DNA of 64,000 nt from an uncultured Candidatus Saccharibacteria bacterium (GCA_964615725.1 CAZTPW010000002.1:5656-69655); one strand, 5' to 3'. Counted from the stretch's first letter, positions 8,898 to 21,572 are shown. Translations and numbers: made by a program. The notes: generated from the letters alone by a model not told the origin.

Positions 8898-8952
8898 GAT
8901 ATTCACAGGCTTTGGTATATACCACTTTCCTTGACTGTACTATAATGGTGGG

Positions 8953-9564
8953 GTGCCTCCGACCATTAATACAAAAATGCAGTCGTCGTTCATTCCCAAG
9001 AAGCCAGTTGGTGCGGCTCCGCATCGCGCTTCTTCATTGAACATCCTTCTCCTTCTCGGTATCCTTATTTTTCTCGCTTCGGTAGCTCTCGCAGGAGGAT
9101 CATTTTTCTACCAAAAGAATCTTCAGCAGACGATTGATTCCAACAACCAAAAGCTCGACAAATTCGTCAAAGATTTTGGCTCAGGTGCTGAGGAGTTTGT
9201 TCGCCTCGATCAGAAGATTCGCACGGCTCAGACGGTACTCGAAAATCACCTCGCTGGCTCTCTTGCTTTTCGTATTTTGGAAAATATCACTGCAAAAAAT
9301 GTGCGATTTAGCCATTTCAGCTACTCTATCAAAGGTGATGACAAGATTGCCTTCAATCTCAAGGGCGAAGCTCGAACCCAAAACTCACTTGCATTTCAGT
9401 CAGATCTTTTCAGTGGTGGTGTGATTGGTGTCGATCCTGTGGTAAAAAATCCGATTTTCTCGGATATTAAAGTAGATGAGAAGCTCGGAGTAGTCTTCTT
9501 CACCGTTGACGGAACCCTTGATAAGTCTGACATCCTTTACAAGAATAACTTTACTGCACAATAA
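8953..9564 (+). CDS. PilN-like alignment protein
   Basis: SFIPK motif, TM, coiled coil; position after pilM; start may be 8977. Confidence 0.75.
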   Translation: MPPTINTKMQSSFIPKKPVGAAPHRASSLNILLLLGILIFLASVALAGGSFFYQKNLQQTIDSNNQKLDKFVKDFGSGAEEFVRLDQKIRTAQTVLENHLAGSLAFRILENITAKNVRFSHFSYSIKGDDKIAFNLKGEARTQNSLAFQSDLFSGGVIGVDPVVKNPIFSDIKVDEKLGVVFFTVDGTLDKSDILYKNNFTAQ

Positions 9565-9565
9565 C

Positions 9566-10144
9566 ATGACATCAAATATCATTGCAGTACTTTTTGTGAT
9601 TGCTTCAGTCGGACTCTATTTTGGTTATACAAGTGATGCAATCACTCACATCAAAGATTTGCGTTCTCAGGTGACAAGCCAGGATGTTGCTTTCGACCAC
9701 ACACGACAGATTACAAAAAAGAAGCAGGAGCTTATTGAAAAGCGCAATAGTATTTCTGCTGATGACCAAGCTCGACTTTCTCATCTTATTCCAGACAGTG
9801 TTGATACGGTACGCCTCATCTCAGAGGTAAATCGTATCGCCGCTCAAAATGGAGTAGAGGTGAAGAGCCTCGACATTAAAGGTGGTGATGCGTCACGTGC
9901 CGGCAAGCCTATCGGTCCTGATGATTCACCAGTTGGAGCAGTCCAGATCGATCTTGCGGTCAATAGTACCTATCCACGATTTTTTAACCTTATGAATGAC
10001 TTGGAGCGAAGCCTCCGAATTATGGACATTACTTCAGTGAATGTAGTAGCGGCTCCAAGTAGTGCCGGGTCTGGTGCGCGTACTCCAAATACTGGTGTCT
10101 ATCAGTACACCATTAGTGCAAAGACTTATTGGCTCAAGCAATAA
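9566..10144 (+). CDS. PilO-like protein
   Basis: TM, coiled coil, LIPD, Y..F..L..LE.SLRI.DI. Confidence 0.8.
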   Translation: MTSNIIAVLFVIASVGLYFGYTSDAITHIKDLRSQVTSQDVAFDHTRQITKKKQELIEKRNSISADDQARLSHLIPDSVDTVRLISEVNRIAAQNGVEVKSLDIKGGDASRAGKPIGPDDSPVGAVQIDLAVNSTYPRFFNLMNDLERSLRIMDITSVNVVAAPSSAGSGARTPNTGVYQYTISAKTYWLKQ

Positions 10145-10150
10145 AATTCT

Positions 10151-10447
10151 ATGAAAAATAATCTTTCTGCAATTGCATATTTTGTTCTCGGCGCGGTAGT
10201 TGCGTCTGTTATTGTTCTTTCTTCATCGAAGTCTTTTGCCCAGATTACGTCTACCAAACCAAGCGATCTTCGTGATTCTGATCGACGCACTCAGCTTATT
10301 CTCCAACAGCTTAAGTCTGTTGTGATGGATACGAATTTCTTTACATCTCCTCTCTACAAAAACCTCGAAGATTTCAGTGTTACTGTGCAGCAGGAACCAT
10401 TTAAACGAACTAACCCATTCGCTCCTATTGGAGTTGATGCAAACTAA
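10151..10447 (+). CDS. small pilus-locus protein (PilP-position, R.NPF motif)
   Basis: N-terminal hydrophobic segment, C-terminal KRTNPFAP; operon position. Confidence 0.6.
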   Translation: MKNNLSAIAYFVLGAVVASVIVLSSSKSFAQITSTKPSDLRDSDRRTQLILQQLKSVVMDTNFFTSPLYKNLEDFSVTVQQEPFKRTNPFAPIGVDAN

Positions 10448-10449
10448 GC

Positions 10450-12204
10450 ATGAATCCTCTCGAAGCCTTGCTTCAAAAAGGAATACTCACATCGGAACAA
10501 GCTACGGAAATTCAGAAGGAGATTACAGAAAGTGGCGCTTCGCTTGAATCTGTTTTGGCAAAAATGGGGATCGGCCCAGAAGTCCTTTTGTCTGCGAAGG
10601 GGGATTTTTACGGCATCCCTTATCGAGCTATTGGCAATGAACCTATCCCGTATGATGTACTCCGCTATGTACCACAGGAATCTGCCGATCATTATCACTT
10701 CACACCACTGGCGGTAAAAGACGGTGTGCTCGATGGGGGTATTGTTGACCCGGACAACATGGATGCGCGCGACGCCATCAGTTTTATTGCGTCGCGCGCC
10801 AACCTTCCCTTTAAAATTTTTCTTATTACCGAAGATGACTTCGAGCGAGCGATGAATTCATACAAGGGTATGACCGGTCAGGTCGACAGTGCTCTGAAAG
10901 AGCTCGACACAGAATCTTACACCCTTCCCAAAGAAGCTCAGGATGAAGTTTCAGAAGCAGTCAATGAAGTCGATCCATCACAGGAAAATCTTGGTATGGA
11001 GCCGACTCAGGGTGGTCGCATTATCGAAGACGCACCAGTCACCAAAATTGTGGCAACCATCCTCAACTATGCGAGTGAAGGTAGCGCGTCCGACATCCAC
11101 ATCGAACACATGGGGGAGAGTGTTCGTGTTCGATATCGAGTGGATGGTGTTTTGAATACCAGCCTTGTCCTTCCACCAAAAGTGCACTCAGCGCTCGTTG
11201 CACGTATCAAAATTCTTTCGCAGATGCGACTCGATGAAAAGCGAAAACCACAAGATGGCCGTTTTTCTGCAAAAATTAATACTCGCAAGATCGATTTCCG
11301 AGTTTCTACCTTCCCAGCATATTACGGTGAAAAAGTGGTGATGCGATTGCTCGATTCTACTCGAGGTGTGAAGGCGATCAACGACATGGGTCTCACCGAG
11401 CGAAATCTCAAGCTTATTAGAGAAGCAATCAAGAAACCCTACGGTCTTATCCTTATTTCAGGTCCTACTGGTTCCGGAAAATCAACAACTCTTTACTCTA
11501 TGCTCACTGAAGTCGATAAAGAGCAGAAAAACGTTTTGTCACTTGAAGACCCAGTTGAATACAATATTCCTGGTATGAACCAGTCTCAGGTTCGACCTGA
11601 AATCGGCTACACCTTTGCCAACGGTCTCCGAACAACACTCCGACAGGACCCAGACATTATCATGGTGGGAGAAATTCGAGACAAGGAAACTGCGCAGCTC
11701 GCCATCCAAGCGGCGCTCACAGGTCACCTTGTGCTTTCAACCATTCACACCAACAACGCAGCGGGTGTTATTCCTCGACTTGTAGACATGGGTATCGATC
11801 CATTCCTTATTGCGCCAACCCTCGTTCTCGCAATTGCACAGCGCCTTGCACGTAAGCTTGTTCCAAATACCGGCAAGCCGCTCAAGGTGGAAGGGCGAGT
11901 AAAAGACATGATTGATGCTGAGTTTAAAGATGTTCCAGAAGAATTCCGTAAAAAAGTCCCATGGTCAGATGTGGTCTATGAGGCGGTACCTACACCAGGC
12001 GCTCCGACGGGTACCAGTGGTCGTGTTGCGGTCATGGAGGTGATTGAAATGAGTCCAGAACTCGAGCGTGTTATTTTGAAAAACCCAATCGAAGATGAAA
12101 TCATGAAGGTGGCACGAGCGCAGGGTATGCTTACCATGCGGGAAGATGCTATGATAAAGGCATTCCAGAAAGTCATTCCAATTGAAGAAATTAACGGACT
12201 CTAA
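10450..12204 (+). CDS. pilB: type IV pilus extension ATPase PilB (GspE/PulE family)
   Basis: SDIHIE, GPTGSGKST, EDPVEY, LRQDPD, TGHLVLSTIHTN. Confidence 0.95.
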   Translation: MNPLEALLQKGILTSEQATEIQKEITESGASLESVLAKMGIGPEVLLSAKGDFYGIPYRAIGNEPIPYDVLRYVPQESADHYHFTPLAVKDGVLDGGIVDPDNMDARDAISFIASRANLPFKIFLITEDDFERAMNSYKGMTGQVDSALKELDTESYTLPKEAQDEVSEAVNEVDPSQENLGMEPTQGGRIIEDAPVTKIVATILNYASEGSASDIHIEHMGESVRVRYRVDGVLNTSLVLPPKVHSALVARIKILSQMRLDEKRKPQDGRFSAKINTRKIDFRVSTFPAYYGEKVVMRLLDSTRGVKAINDMGLTERNLKLIREAIKKPYGLILISGPTGSGKSTTLYSMLTEVDKEQKNVLSLEDPVEYNIPGMNQSQVRPEIGYTFANGLRTTLRQDPDIIMVGEIRDKETAQLAIQAALTGHLVLSTIHTNNAAGVIPRLVDMGIDPFLIAPTLVLAIAQRLARKLVPNTGKPLKVEGRVKDMIDAEFKDVPEEFRKKVPWSDVVYEAVPTPGAPTGTSGRVAVMEVIEMSPELERVILKNPIEDEIMKVARAQGMLTMREDAMIKAFQKVIPIEEINGL

Positions 12205-12217
12205 AAGAAACACTGCT

Positions 12218-12607
12218 ATGGCACAAGAACAAAAAACCTACAAAATACTTTTGGTTGATGATGATCATTTCCTCCTCAATATGTACTCAATCAAGTTCAA
12301 AGCATCAGGTTTTGATGTGGAAGTCGTCGCTGGCGCCGAGGAGGCTCTCTCAAAAATCAATGACGGCTATGCACCAGACGTCATGATGGTGGATGTGGTC
12401 ATGCCAGGTATGGATGGAATGACATTTCTTGAAAAAATCCGCAAGGAAAAGCTTATCCCAAAAACAAAAATCATCATGCTCTCAAACCAAAGCCAACCTC
12501 AGGACATCGATCGAGCAAAAGCACTCAACGTGGCCGGCTACATCGTAAAGGCAACCACGATCCCATCGGAGGTTGTAGCAGAGACGCTTCGCATTATTCA
12601 AGGATAA
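12218..12607 (+). CDS. single-domain response regulator
   Basis: ILLVDDD, D..MPGMDG, K in GYIVKA. Confidence 0.92.
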   Translation: MAQEQKTYKILLVDDDHFLLNMYSIKFKASGFDVEVVAGAEEALSKINDGYAPDVMMVDVVMPGMDGMTFLEKIRKEKLIPKTKIIMLSNQSQPQDIDRAKALNVAGYIVKATTIPSEVVAETLRIIQG

Positions 12608-12617
12608 ATAAACAATT

Positions 12618-13685
12618 ATGCACATTGATTACGCACAAGATTTGAATGACATTCTCTCCACGGTAGAAAAGGAGGGTGCTTCTGATATTCATATTGGAGA
12701 AGGGAAGCACCCCACTATGCGAGTATCAGGCTTCCTCATTCCTATGGTCAAAAAGCCTATCCTCACCAAGGAAATGATGCTTGGCTACGTAGATGTGCTT
12801 TTGAGTAAAGAGCAGAAGGAGCGTTTTTTCCAGTACAAAGAAATTGACGTTTCTTATGAGCATGAAAAGACTGAGCGATTCCGAGTCAACGGCTACTTCC
12901 AGCAGGGTCGGATTACGTTTGCGATGCGTCTCATTCCCAAGAAGATCAAAACACTCGCTGAACTCAACCTTCCTCCAGCACTTGAAATGTTTGCAGAAAA
13001 ACCTCAGGGCTTCTTCCTCGTAGTGGGTCCGGTAGGTCAGGGAAAGACCACAACGCTTGCAGCAATCATTGATCACATCAATCAAGAGCGAGCGGAGCAC
13101 ATTCTCACCATTGAAGACCCGATCGAATATATTTACGAACCAAAGAAGGCAATTATCAACCAGCGAGAAGTCGGTATTGATACCCATGACTTCCACACCG
13201 CCTTGAATGGTATGTTCCGCGAGGATATTGATGTATGTCTTCTTGGAGAAATGCGAGACCCAGAGACGATGGCGACTGCGGTGACTGCGGCAGAAACAGG
13301 ACACCTCGTATTCTCAACCCTTCACACCAACAACGCAGCTCAGACTATCAACCGTATCATCGACAGCTTCCCAGCACAGCAACAGGATCAGATCCGAGTG
13401 CAGCTCGCTTCATCGCTCACAGGTATTTTCTCCCAGCGTCTTATTCCTCGAGTATCAGGAGGACTCATTCCTGCGTATGAGCTTTTGATCAATAACAATG
13501 CCGTAGCAAACCTCATCCGAGAAAAGCGAACTCACGAAATCAACACTGTGATCGAGACAGGTCTCGAGCAGGGTATGATCAGCATGGAACGCTGCCTCGC
13601 TGACCTTGTGCGAGCGGGCGAGATTACGGTTGAGAACGCCTATCTCCACTCACAAAATTCAAAGACGCTTGAGCGAATGCTATAA
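12618..13685 (+). CDS. pilT: type IV pilus retraction ATPase PilT
   Basis: GPVGQGKTT, EDPIEY, AETGHLVFSTLHT, AVANLIRE. Confidence 0.95.
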   Translation: MHIDYAQDLNDILSTVEKEGASDIHIGEGKHPTMRVSGFLIPMVKKPILTKEMMLGYVDVLLSKEQKERFFQYKEIDVSYEHEKTERFRVNGYFQQGRITFAMRLIPKKIKTLAELNLPPALEMFAEKPQGFFLVVGPVGQGKTTTLAAIIDHINQERAEHILTIEDPIEYIYEPKKAIINQREVGIDTHDFHTALNGMFREDIDVCLLGEMRDPETMATAVTAAETGHLVFSTLHTNNAAQTINRIIDSFPAQQQDQIRVQLASSLTGIFSQRLIPRVSGGLIPAYELLINNNAVANLIREKRTHEINTVIETGLEQGMISMERCLADLVRAGEITVENAYLHSQNSKTLERML

Positions 13686-13702
13686 TCTAAAGACTCCACA
13701 CT

Positions 13703-14914
13703 ATGCTATTTACATATAAAGGAATTGAAGGAAGCGGCACACCGGTACAGGGAAGTATCGAGGCTATTAATATTGATGTCGCTATTAGCTCGCTTCAAAA
13801 GCGTGGCTTCAGTATCACTACGATCAACCCTGTTGAAGCAAAGAGCGATTCTCTCCTTTCAAAGAACCTCACATTCCTTTCTCGAGTAAAAAACAAAGAT
13901 ATTGTCATCCTTTCTCGACAGATGTCGACGCTTTTTGGTGCGCAAGTCTCAGCACTTCGAGTGTTCCGACTTCTTGCTGGTGAGACAGAAAATCCCATTC
14001 TTCAAAAGACCCTCAACGAAGTCGCTGAAGATTTGCAAGGTGGTAGCGCTATTTCGAAAGCGCTTGCAAAGCATCCAAAAATCTTTTCAAGCTTCTATGT
14101 AAACATGGTCCGATCTGGTGAAGAGGCTGGTAAGCTCGACGAAATTCTTATTTACCTTGCTGACTACCTTGATCGAAGCTATGAAGTTACCTCAAAAGCG
14201 AAGAATGCCCTCATCTACCCAGCCTTTGTTGTGTTTACCTTCGTGATTGTGATGATTTTGATGCTCACGATCGTGATCCCAAACATCAGCAAAATACTTA
14301 CTGAATCTGGTCAAGAAATTCCTTTCTATACAAAAGTTGTCCTTGGTATTAGTGACTTCTTCGTCAATTTTGGTCCATGGCTTATTCCTGTGGTCTTGGT
14401 TGGAGGATTCTTTCTCTTCCGATATGCAAACACCGATCAAGGAAAAACAAACATTTCTCGACTCAAGATTACGGTTCCTTATGTAGGAAATCTCTATCGA
14501 AAGCTTTACCTGGCCCGAATCGCTGACAACATGAACACCATGCTGGTAAGTGCGATCCCCATCATCAAGGCACTCGAAATCACTTCAACGCTTGTGGGAA
14601 ATGCTGTCTACGAGAAGATTCTCAACGAAACGCTTGATGCGGTGAAGTCGGGAAGCTCGATGTCCGAAGCTCTTGGTCGCCACCCTGAAATTCCAGGCAT
14701 TATGATCCAAATGACCAAGGTAGGAGAGGAGACTGGTGAGCTTGGCGAGATTTTGAAGAGCCTCGCGAAGTTCTACAACCGTGAAGTTATCAATGCCGTC
14801 GACACCCTCGTCGACCTTATTGAGCCTGCCATGATCGTCTTTTTGGGCGTAGGCGTAGCTATCCTCCTCGCATCGGTCCTTATCCCTATCTACAACATCT
14901 CAACTGCTATCTAA
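13703..14914 (+). CDS. pilC: type IV pilus platform protein PilC (T2SS F family)
   Basis: Two T2SSF repeats (GEEAGKL, GEETGEL), YPAFV, IEPAMI. Confidence 0.95.
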   Translation: MLFTYKGIEGSGTPVQGSIEAINIDVAISSLQKRGFSITTINPVEAKSDSLLSKNLTFLSRVKNKDIVILSRQMSTLFGAQVSALRVFRLLAGETENPILQKTLNEVAEDLQGGSAISKALAKHPKIFSSFYVNMVRSGEEAGKLDEILIYLADYLDRSYEVTSKAKNALIYPAFVVFTFVIVMILMLTIVIPNISKILTESGQEIPFYTKVVLGISDFFVNFGPWLIPVVLVGGFFLFRYANTDQGKTNISRLKITVPYVGNLYRKLYLARIADNMNTMLVSAIPIIKALEITSTLVGNAVYEKILNETLDAVKSGSSMSEALGRHPEIPGIMIQMTKVGEETGELGEILKSLAKFYNREVINAVDTLVDLIEPAMIVFLGVGVAILLASVLIPIYNISTAI

Positions 14915-15074
14915 TATCCACAGGACCCCTATTTACAAGGCTTTTTGTACGATATAATACTTGAAGCTCTCAAGAAGAAGCAGACTTCCTGGCTATAGAC
15001 AGTAAGGGGTCGGTACTATTCTTCCGGGGTTAAAAATTATTCGAATAAAATCTTTTAGTAAGTAATATACGTAT

Positions 15075-15524
15075 ATGAAGAAAACATCACGAGGTTTTAC
15101 CCTTATTGAACTCTTGGTCGTGATTGCTATCATCGGTATCTTGGCTGGCGTTGTGCTCACAAACTTGAGCTCAGCTCGAGACAAGGCAAAGGTTAGCGCT
15201 GTGAAGGAAGCTATGAGTGGTATCCGAACCTCAATGGAGGACTACAACACTTCTGGTAACTATGGTGCTATTACTGATGTAGCTTCGGCTTGTACAGGTA
15301 CCAACGCGGGTGGAGGATTTGCTTCTAACGCAGTGGTAAATGCAATTGCAAACATTACTAACAACGGTGCCACAGTTATTGAGTGTACAGGTGATGCTGC
15401 AACAGCAAACGCATGGGCACTCTCTGTGACACTTCCTGGTTCAAACGGATCATGGTGTGTTGACTCAAGTGGTGCTGCCACATCAACAGTTGATACTGGT
15501 GATGATGGAGACTGCGGAGCGTAA
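15075..15524 (+). CDS. type IV pilin (probable major pilin)
   Basis: GFTLIELLVVIAIIGIL, C-terminal WCVDSSG; own promoter and strong terminator. Confidence 0.9.
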   Translation: MKKTSRGFTLIELLVVIAIIGILAGVVLTNLSSARDKAKVSAVKEAMSGIRTSMEDYNTSGNYGAITDVASACTGTNAGGGFASNAVVNAIANITNNGATVIECTGDAATANAWALSVTLPGSNGSWCVDSSGAATSTVDTGDDGDCGA

Positions 15525-15536
15525 TCTACGCTTTGT

Positions 15537-15574
15537 AAAAGAAAAAAACCGTCCACAGGGCGGTTTTTTCTTTT
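15537..15574 (+). terminator. intrinsic terminator
   Basis: aaaagaaaaaaaccgtcc-aca-gggcggttttttctttt. Confidence 0.85.
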
Positions 15575-15621
15575 GTGTGATTTTGTTACAATAAGAGGGA
15601 ATTATTATTTACCTTTTTACT

Positions 15622-16173
15622 ATGAATATATTCCTATCAAGACGAAATAAAGGCTTCACCCTCATCGAGCTTCTTGTGGTGATCGGTATTATTGGTGTAT
15701 TGACCGCAATCGTCCTTCCAAACCTCATCAGTCCCCGCGCAAAATCTCGTGATGGAAAGCGTGTTGCTGATATCAAGCAGATTCAGCTCGCACTCGAGCT
15801 TTACGCTGATCGTAACTCAGGTAAATTCCCAGCTACAGATTCAGCAGGTCTTTCTGCTGCACTCACACCTACTTATATCCAAACACTACCGAAGGACCCA
15901 ACAACAGGTGCAAACTATCAGTATATTCCACGTGGTTCAAGCTCTTCATTGTGTTACGGCTACCACCTTGGTGCTGCTCTTGAAGAGGGGACAAATACCG
16001 CACTTCGTGAGGATGCAGATTCTGCGGTCAGTGTCGGTGGTTTTTGTGGACAATCCGTCTCTGATTTTGAAGGGACAAGTGCAACGGCAAGCAATCTTTG
16101 CGATTCAACCGCCGGAGTTGCCCAAGGCCAATCAAACCCAACAGAAAAGTGTTATGACGTCGTAAACAATTAA
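15622..16173 (+). CDS. type IV pilin / GspG-like pseudopilin
   Basis: GFTLIELLVV, RD..R.ADI..IQLALELY, LPKDP. Confidence 0.9.
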   Translation: MNIFLSRRNKGFTLIELLVVIGIIGVLTAIVLPNLISPRAKSRDGKRVADIKQIQLALELYADRNSGKFPATDSAGLSAALTPTYIQTLPKDPTTGANYQYIPRGSSSSLCYGYHLGAALEEGTNTALREDADSAVSVGGFCGQSVSDFEGTSATASNLCDSTAGVAQGQSNPTEKCYDVVNN

Positions 16174-16176
16174 TCT

Positions 16177-17037
16177 ATGGAATATATCATCGCGCTCATC
16201 GTATTTGCTTTCGGCTCAATCATAGGAAGTTTTCTGAATGTTGTTGCTCTCCGCTACAACACCGGCATGACACTCGGTGGTCGCTCGGCGTGTTTTTCTT
16301 GCGGTAAAAAACTTTCATGGCACGAACTCTTTCCGATTCTAAGCTACCTTTTTCAGTTGGGCCGTTGTCGTGGATGTAAAAGCAAAATTTCTCTTCAGTA
16401 TCCGATGGTAGAGGCGCTTACCGGACTCCTTTTTGTGGCAGTCTTCTTTAAAGAGCTTGGTGTGGGCTTTGATATGATTCAGGCAACATACGGCGCCATC
16501 GTACTTGCTGCATTTGTTGTGATCGTGTTCTCACTTCTTATTGTCATTTCTGTCTATGACCTTCGCCATACGATTATTCCAAACGGCATGGTCTATTCAT
16601 TCATCGCTCTTTCTTTTATCGGTCTTTTTATATCAACATCACCGACGCTCTCATTCAATGTCCCATCATATGCTGAGCTCGCATCGGGCCCCATCTACGC
16701 ACTCATCTTTGCTTCACTTTGGTTTTTCTCACGAGGAAAGTGGATTGGCTTAGGTGATGCAAAGTTGGCGCTCGGTATCGGATGGCTCCTGGGGCTTGTG
16801 GGCGGCGGGTCCGCACTTATGTTTGCGTTCTGGCTTGGTGCACTTGTGGGAATTGTTCTTATTATCGGTACAAAAGTTGGAGTACTTATCACCGGTCGAA
16901 AGATCGACATTCATAGCGAAATCCCATTTGCGCCATTTATGATTCTCACTGCATTCTTCGTTTACTACACAGGATTTACCATGGTTGATTTCCTCAATCA
17001 TCTCCAAGCATTCCTTACGCTCGTTACGTGGTCATAG
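16177..17037 (+). CDS. pilD: prepilin peptidase
   Basis: GSFLNV, two CxxC, YDL, GLGDAKL, IPFAPF. Confidence 0.95.
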   Translation: MEYIIALIVFAFGSIIGSFLNVVALRYNTGMTLGGRSACFSCGKKLSWHELFPILSYLFQLGRCRGCKSKISLQYPMVEALTGLLFVAVFFKELGVGFDMIQATYGAIVLAAFVVIVFSLLIVISVYDLRHTIIPNGMVYSFIALSFIGLFISTSPTLSFNVPSYAELASGPIYALIFASLWFFSRGKWIGLGDAKLALGIGWLLGLVGGGSALMFAFWLGALVGIVLIIGTKVGVLITGRKIDIHSEIPFAPFMILTAFFVYYTGFTMVDFLNHLQAFLTLVTWS

Positions 17038-17062
17038 GTAGGGGGTTGATTCAATTATATTC

Positions 17063-17713
17063 ATGAAATTTCTTCATTCAAAACCACATACCCAAAAAGG
17101 CTTCACCCTCTTCGAGCTTTTGGTTTCGATTGGAATTTTCACACTCCTCACAACAACGCTTCTTGTTAAAAACTCACAGTATAAAGGGAATACCGTCATC
17201 ACCAATCTCGCATATGAAATGGCACTTATCGTCCGTCAGGCTCAAGTCTACGGAATCAATGTACGTCAAGTTGGTACGGGCAACTTCGATTATGCGTATG
17301 GTGTGCACTTCAGCTTTGATCCTGCCAACAAGGACTCAGACGGGCATGTGACCAGTTTCAAACTTTTTTCTGATAGTCACCCAACTCCTGTCGATGGTAA
17401 GTATGACCACCCCAACGAAGATGTCGAGCTTTTCAATCTCTCGCCCGGCAACTGGATCGAAAATATATGTCTCGATGTTGGTGGGGTTCCGAAGTGTGTA
17501 AAGGATGGTGATTTTACTACACTCGATGTGATGTTTAAGCGTCCAGACCCATCAGCTATCTTTTTCACATCGGGCGGTACTACCAACTTTTCTTATGCCT
17601 CAACCGCTCACGTGTACATCCTCTCAAGTAAGGGGATCTGTCGACAGATCGATATTAACAAAACTGGCCAAATTTCAGTGCCGGACGTAGACCCATCATT
17701 CACATGTTCTTAA
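17063..17713 (+). CDS. minor pilin (FimT/GspH-like)
   Basis: GFTLFELLVSI N-methylation motif. Confidence 0.85.
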   Translation: MKFLHSKPHTQKGFTLFELLVSIGIFTLLTTTLLVKNSQYKGNTVITNLAYEMALIVRQAQVYGINVRQVGTGNFDYAYGVHFSFDPANKDSDGHVTSFKLFSDSHPTPVDGKYDHPNEDVELFNLSPGNWIENICLDVGGVPKCVKDGDFTTLDVMFKRPDPSAIFFTSGGTTNFSYASTAHVYILSSKGICRQIDINKTGQISVPDVDPSFTCS

Positions 17714-18324
17714 ACCACTTCTCTCCAAATCAGCGATATGGTCAGAAAGGCTTCACGCTCATTGAGGTGATTGTTTCGATCTCGATTTTTATTGTCGTTA
17801 TGGTTGTTGCGGCTGGGGCAGTACTTTCGATCATTGATGCCAATCGAAAATCTCATGCTACAAAATCTGTGATCGATAGCCTCAACTTTATTCTTGAGGA
17901 TTTCGCGCGAAACGTGGTGACGGGTTCTCTTTATTCATGCAGTACAACGCCTTCGTCGGGTACTATTTCAGGTGCGTTACCTACGGATAATTGTCCAACC
18001 GGATGGACCAACAATTTCTCATTCAAGGACCAAAACGGTAAAGTGGTTGTGTATTCATATGATCCAATCAGCCACCAAATTACTGTGTCGCACGATGGAG
18101 GAGTTTACCTTCCGGTCAATTCACCGGAGGTCTACATCACCTCATTTGATATTTATGTGATGGGGGTTGGTCGTCAGTCTCCAAACCCTGAGCAGCAGCC
18201 TCGTGTATTCGTAACGATCCGTGGCTACGGGGCATTTGGTGATCCAACCAATCAGAAATACCGCACTGAGTTTAACGTTCAGACATCAATTACCCAGCGT
18301 AATATCGAACGCCTTGAACCATAA
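17704..18324 (+). CDS. minor pilin (PilW-like)
   Basis: GFTLIEVIVSI. Confidence 0.85.
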   Translation: MFLNHFSPNQRYGQKGFTLIEVIVSISIFIVVMVVAAGAVLSIIDANRKSHATKSVIDSLNFILEDFARNVVTGSLYSCSTTPSSGTISGALPTDNCPTGWTNNFSFKDQNGKVVVYSYDPISHQITVSHDGGVYLPVNSPEVYITSFDIYVMGVGRQSPNPEQQPRVFVTIRGYGAFGDPTNQKYRTEFNVQTSITQRNIERLEP

Positions 18325-18328
18325 TCCT

Positions 18329-18934
18329 ATGAAAATTTCCTTTCCAAAAATGAATACCAAAAAAGGCTTCACCCTGATTGAAACATTCATTGCGATTTCT
18401 ATTTTAATGATTGCTGTGGTTGGTCCAATCACTATTGCTCAGAGAAGTCTTTCATCTGCAAAATTTTCACGAGATCGAGTGATTGCATACTACTTGGCAC
18501 AGGATGCTGTTGAGTATATTCGAAGTATTCGAGACGACTCCTACCTTCAGGGTAAATATTGGGACGATGCTGATGGTTTCTTTTCTCGAATCTCTCAATG
18601 TCGCAGCAATTCCACTGTTGCTACCCAGTGGTGTTATCTCGATACTCAGCGCACGTATGATGAAAACAAATCTCTATTCCCGGGAGCCTCAAACCCTGCA
18701 TCATTCCCAAATCTCAACTACAATACTGTCACTGGGGTATATAATTATGACAACCTGTCGTCCGATAACCAACCAACTTCATTTACTCGATCGATAAGTA
18801 TTCGTAATGCTTCCACACAAAATGGTGAAGATGAGATTGTGATTCAGGTTGATGTGCATTGGGAGTCAGGTCTCTTTGGAAGTGGTGGGGGATCATTTAC
18901 TACATCAGAGCATCTTCTTGATTGGCAAATATAA
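18329..18934 (+). CDS. minor pilin (PilV-like)
   Basis: GFTLIETFIAI, A.YLAQ..VEYIR..RD. Confidence 0.85.
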   Translation: MKISFPKMNTKKGFTLIETFIAISILMIAVVGPITIAQRSLSSAKFSRDRVIAYYLAQDAVEYIRSIRDDSYLQGKYWDDADGFFSRISQCRSNSTVATQWCYLDTQRTYDENKSLFPGASNPASFPNLNYNTVTGVYNYDNLSSDNQPTSFTRSISIRNASTQNGEDEIVIQVDVHWESGLFGSGGGSFTTSEHLLDWQI

Positions 18935-18936
18935 GT

Positions 18937-19479
18937 ATGAAATATCTTTTTTCACAATTTCATAGTCTCGGAAAAGGTGGCCAAAAAGGTTTTACCGTAC
19001 TTTACGCTGTGCTGATAGCAAGTCTCCTCCTGTCGATTGGTCTCGGTATTTACTCTGTATCGCTTCGTGACTTCATTCTCGCATCATCAGCGAGCGAATC
19101 TCAGAAAGCAATTTATGCCGCCGATAGTGGAGTAGAATGCGTCTTGTACTGGAACATCTATGAACTTTTTTCACCACCAGCGCACGCACCAGCGGGGACA
19201 CCGTGGGTAGGAGATGCATATTGTGCAAACACCAAAATAAACTCAAACCCAGATTCTGGATGGACTGTCGTACAGACACAAAATACTGCAACTTCAACCT
19301 ACACTATTCACTTTGGCTCAACCGATGAAGCTCCGTGTGCTGTTATTAATGTAGGGAAATGGAATACTGAAGCAGCAACAACCACCATCTATACTCTTTT
19401 TGAATCTCGTGGGTATAATACCTGCAGAGTAGAAAACCCTCGCCGAGTAGAACGCGGTTTGAAAGGTGCATTCCACTAA
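18937..19479 (+). CDS. minor pilin (PilX-like, no Glu5)
   Basis: GFTVLYAVL, A.YAADSGVEC, ESRG. Confidence 0.85.
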   Translation: MKYLFSQFHSLGKGGQKGFTVLYAVLIASLLLSIGLGIYSVSLRDFILASSASESQKAIYAADSGVECVLYWNIYELFSPPAHAPAGTPWVGDAYCANTKINSNPDSGWTVVQTQNTATSTYTIHFGSTDEAPCAVINVGKWNTEAATTTIYTLFESRGYNTCRVENPRRVERGLKGAFH

Positions 19480-21516
<2,037 letters not shown>

Positions 21517-21519
<3 letters not shown>

Positions 21520-21550
21520 AAAATGCTGGGCACCTGTTCAGGCCCCAGCA
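21517..21550 (-). terminator. intrinsic terminator (probably bidirectional)
   Basis: aaaaaa-tgctgggcacct-gttc-aggccccagca. Confidence 0.7.
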
Positions 21551-21572
21551 CGGGAAAAGTGAAGTTGAAGGG

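Noticed and set aside
14960-15074. Riboswitch in the pilin leader
   Set aside because: The leader is long, but I could not find c-di-GMP-I/II or other riboswitch consensus motifs.
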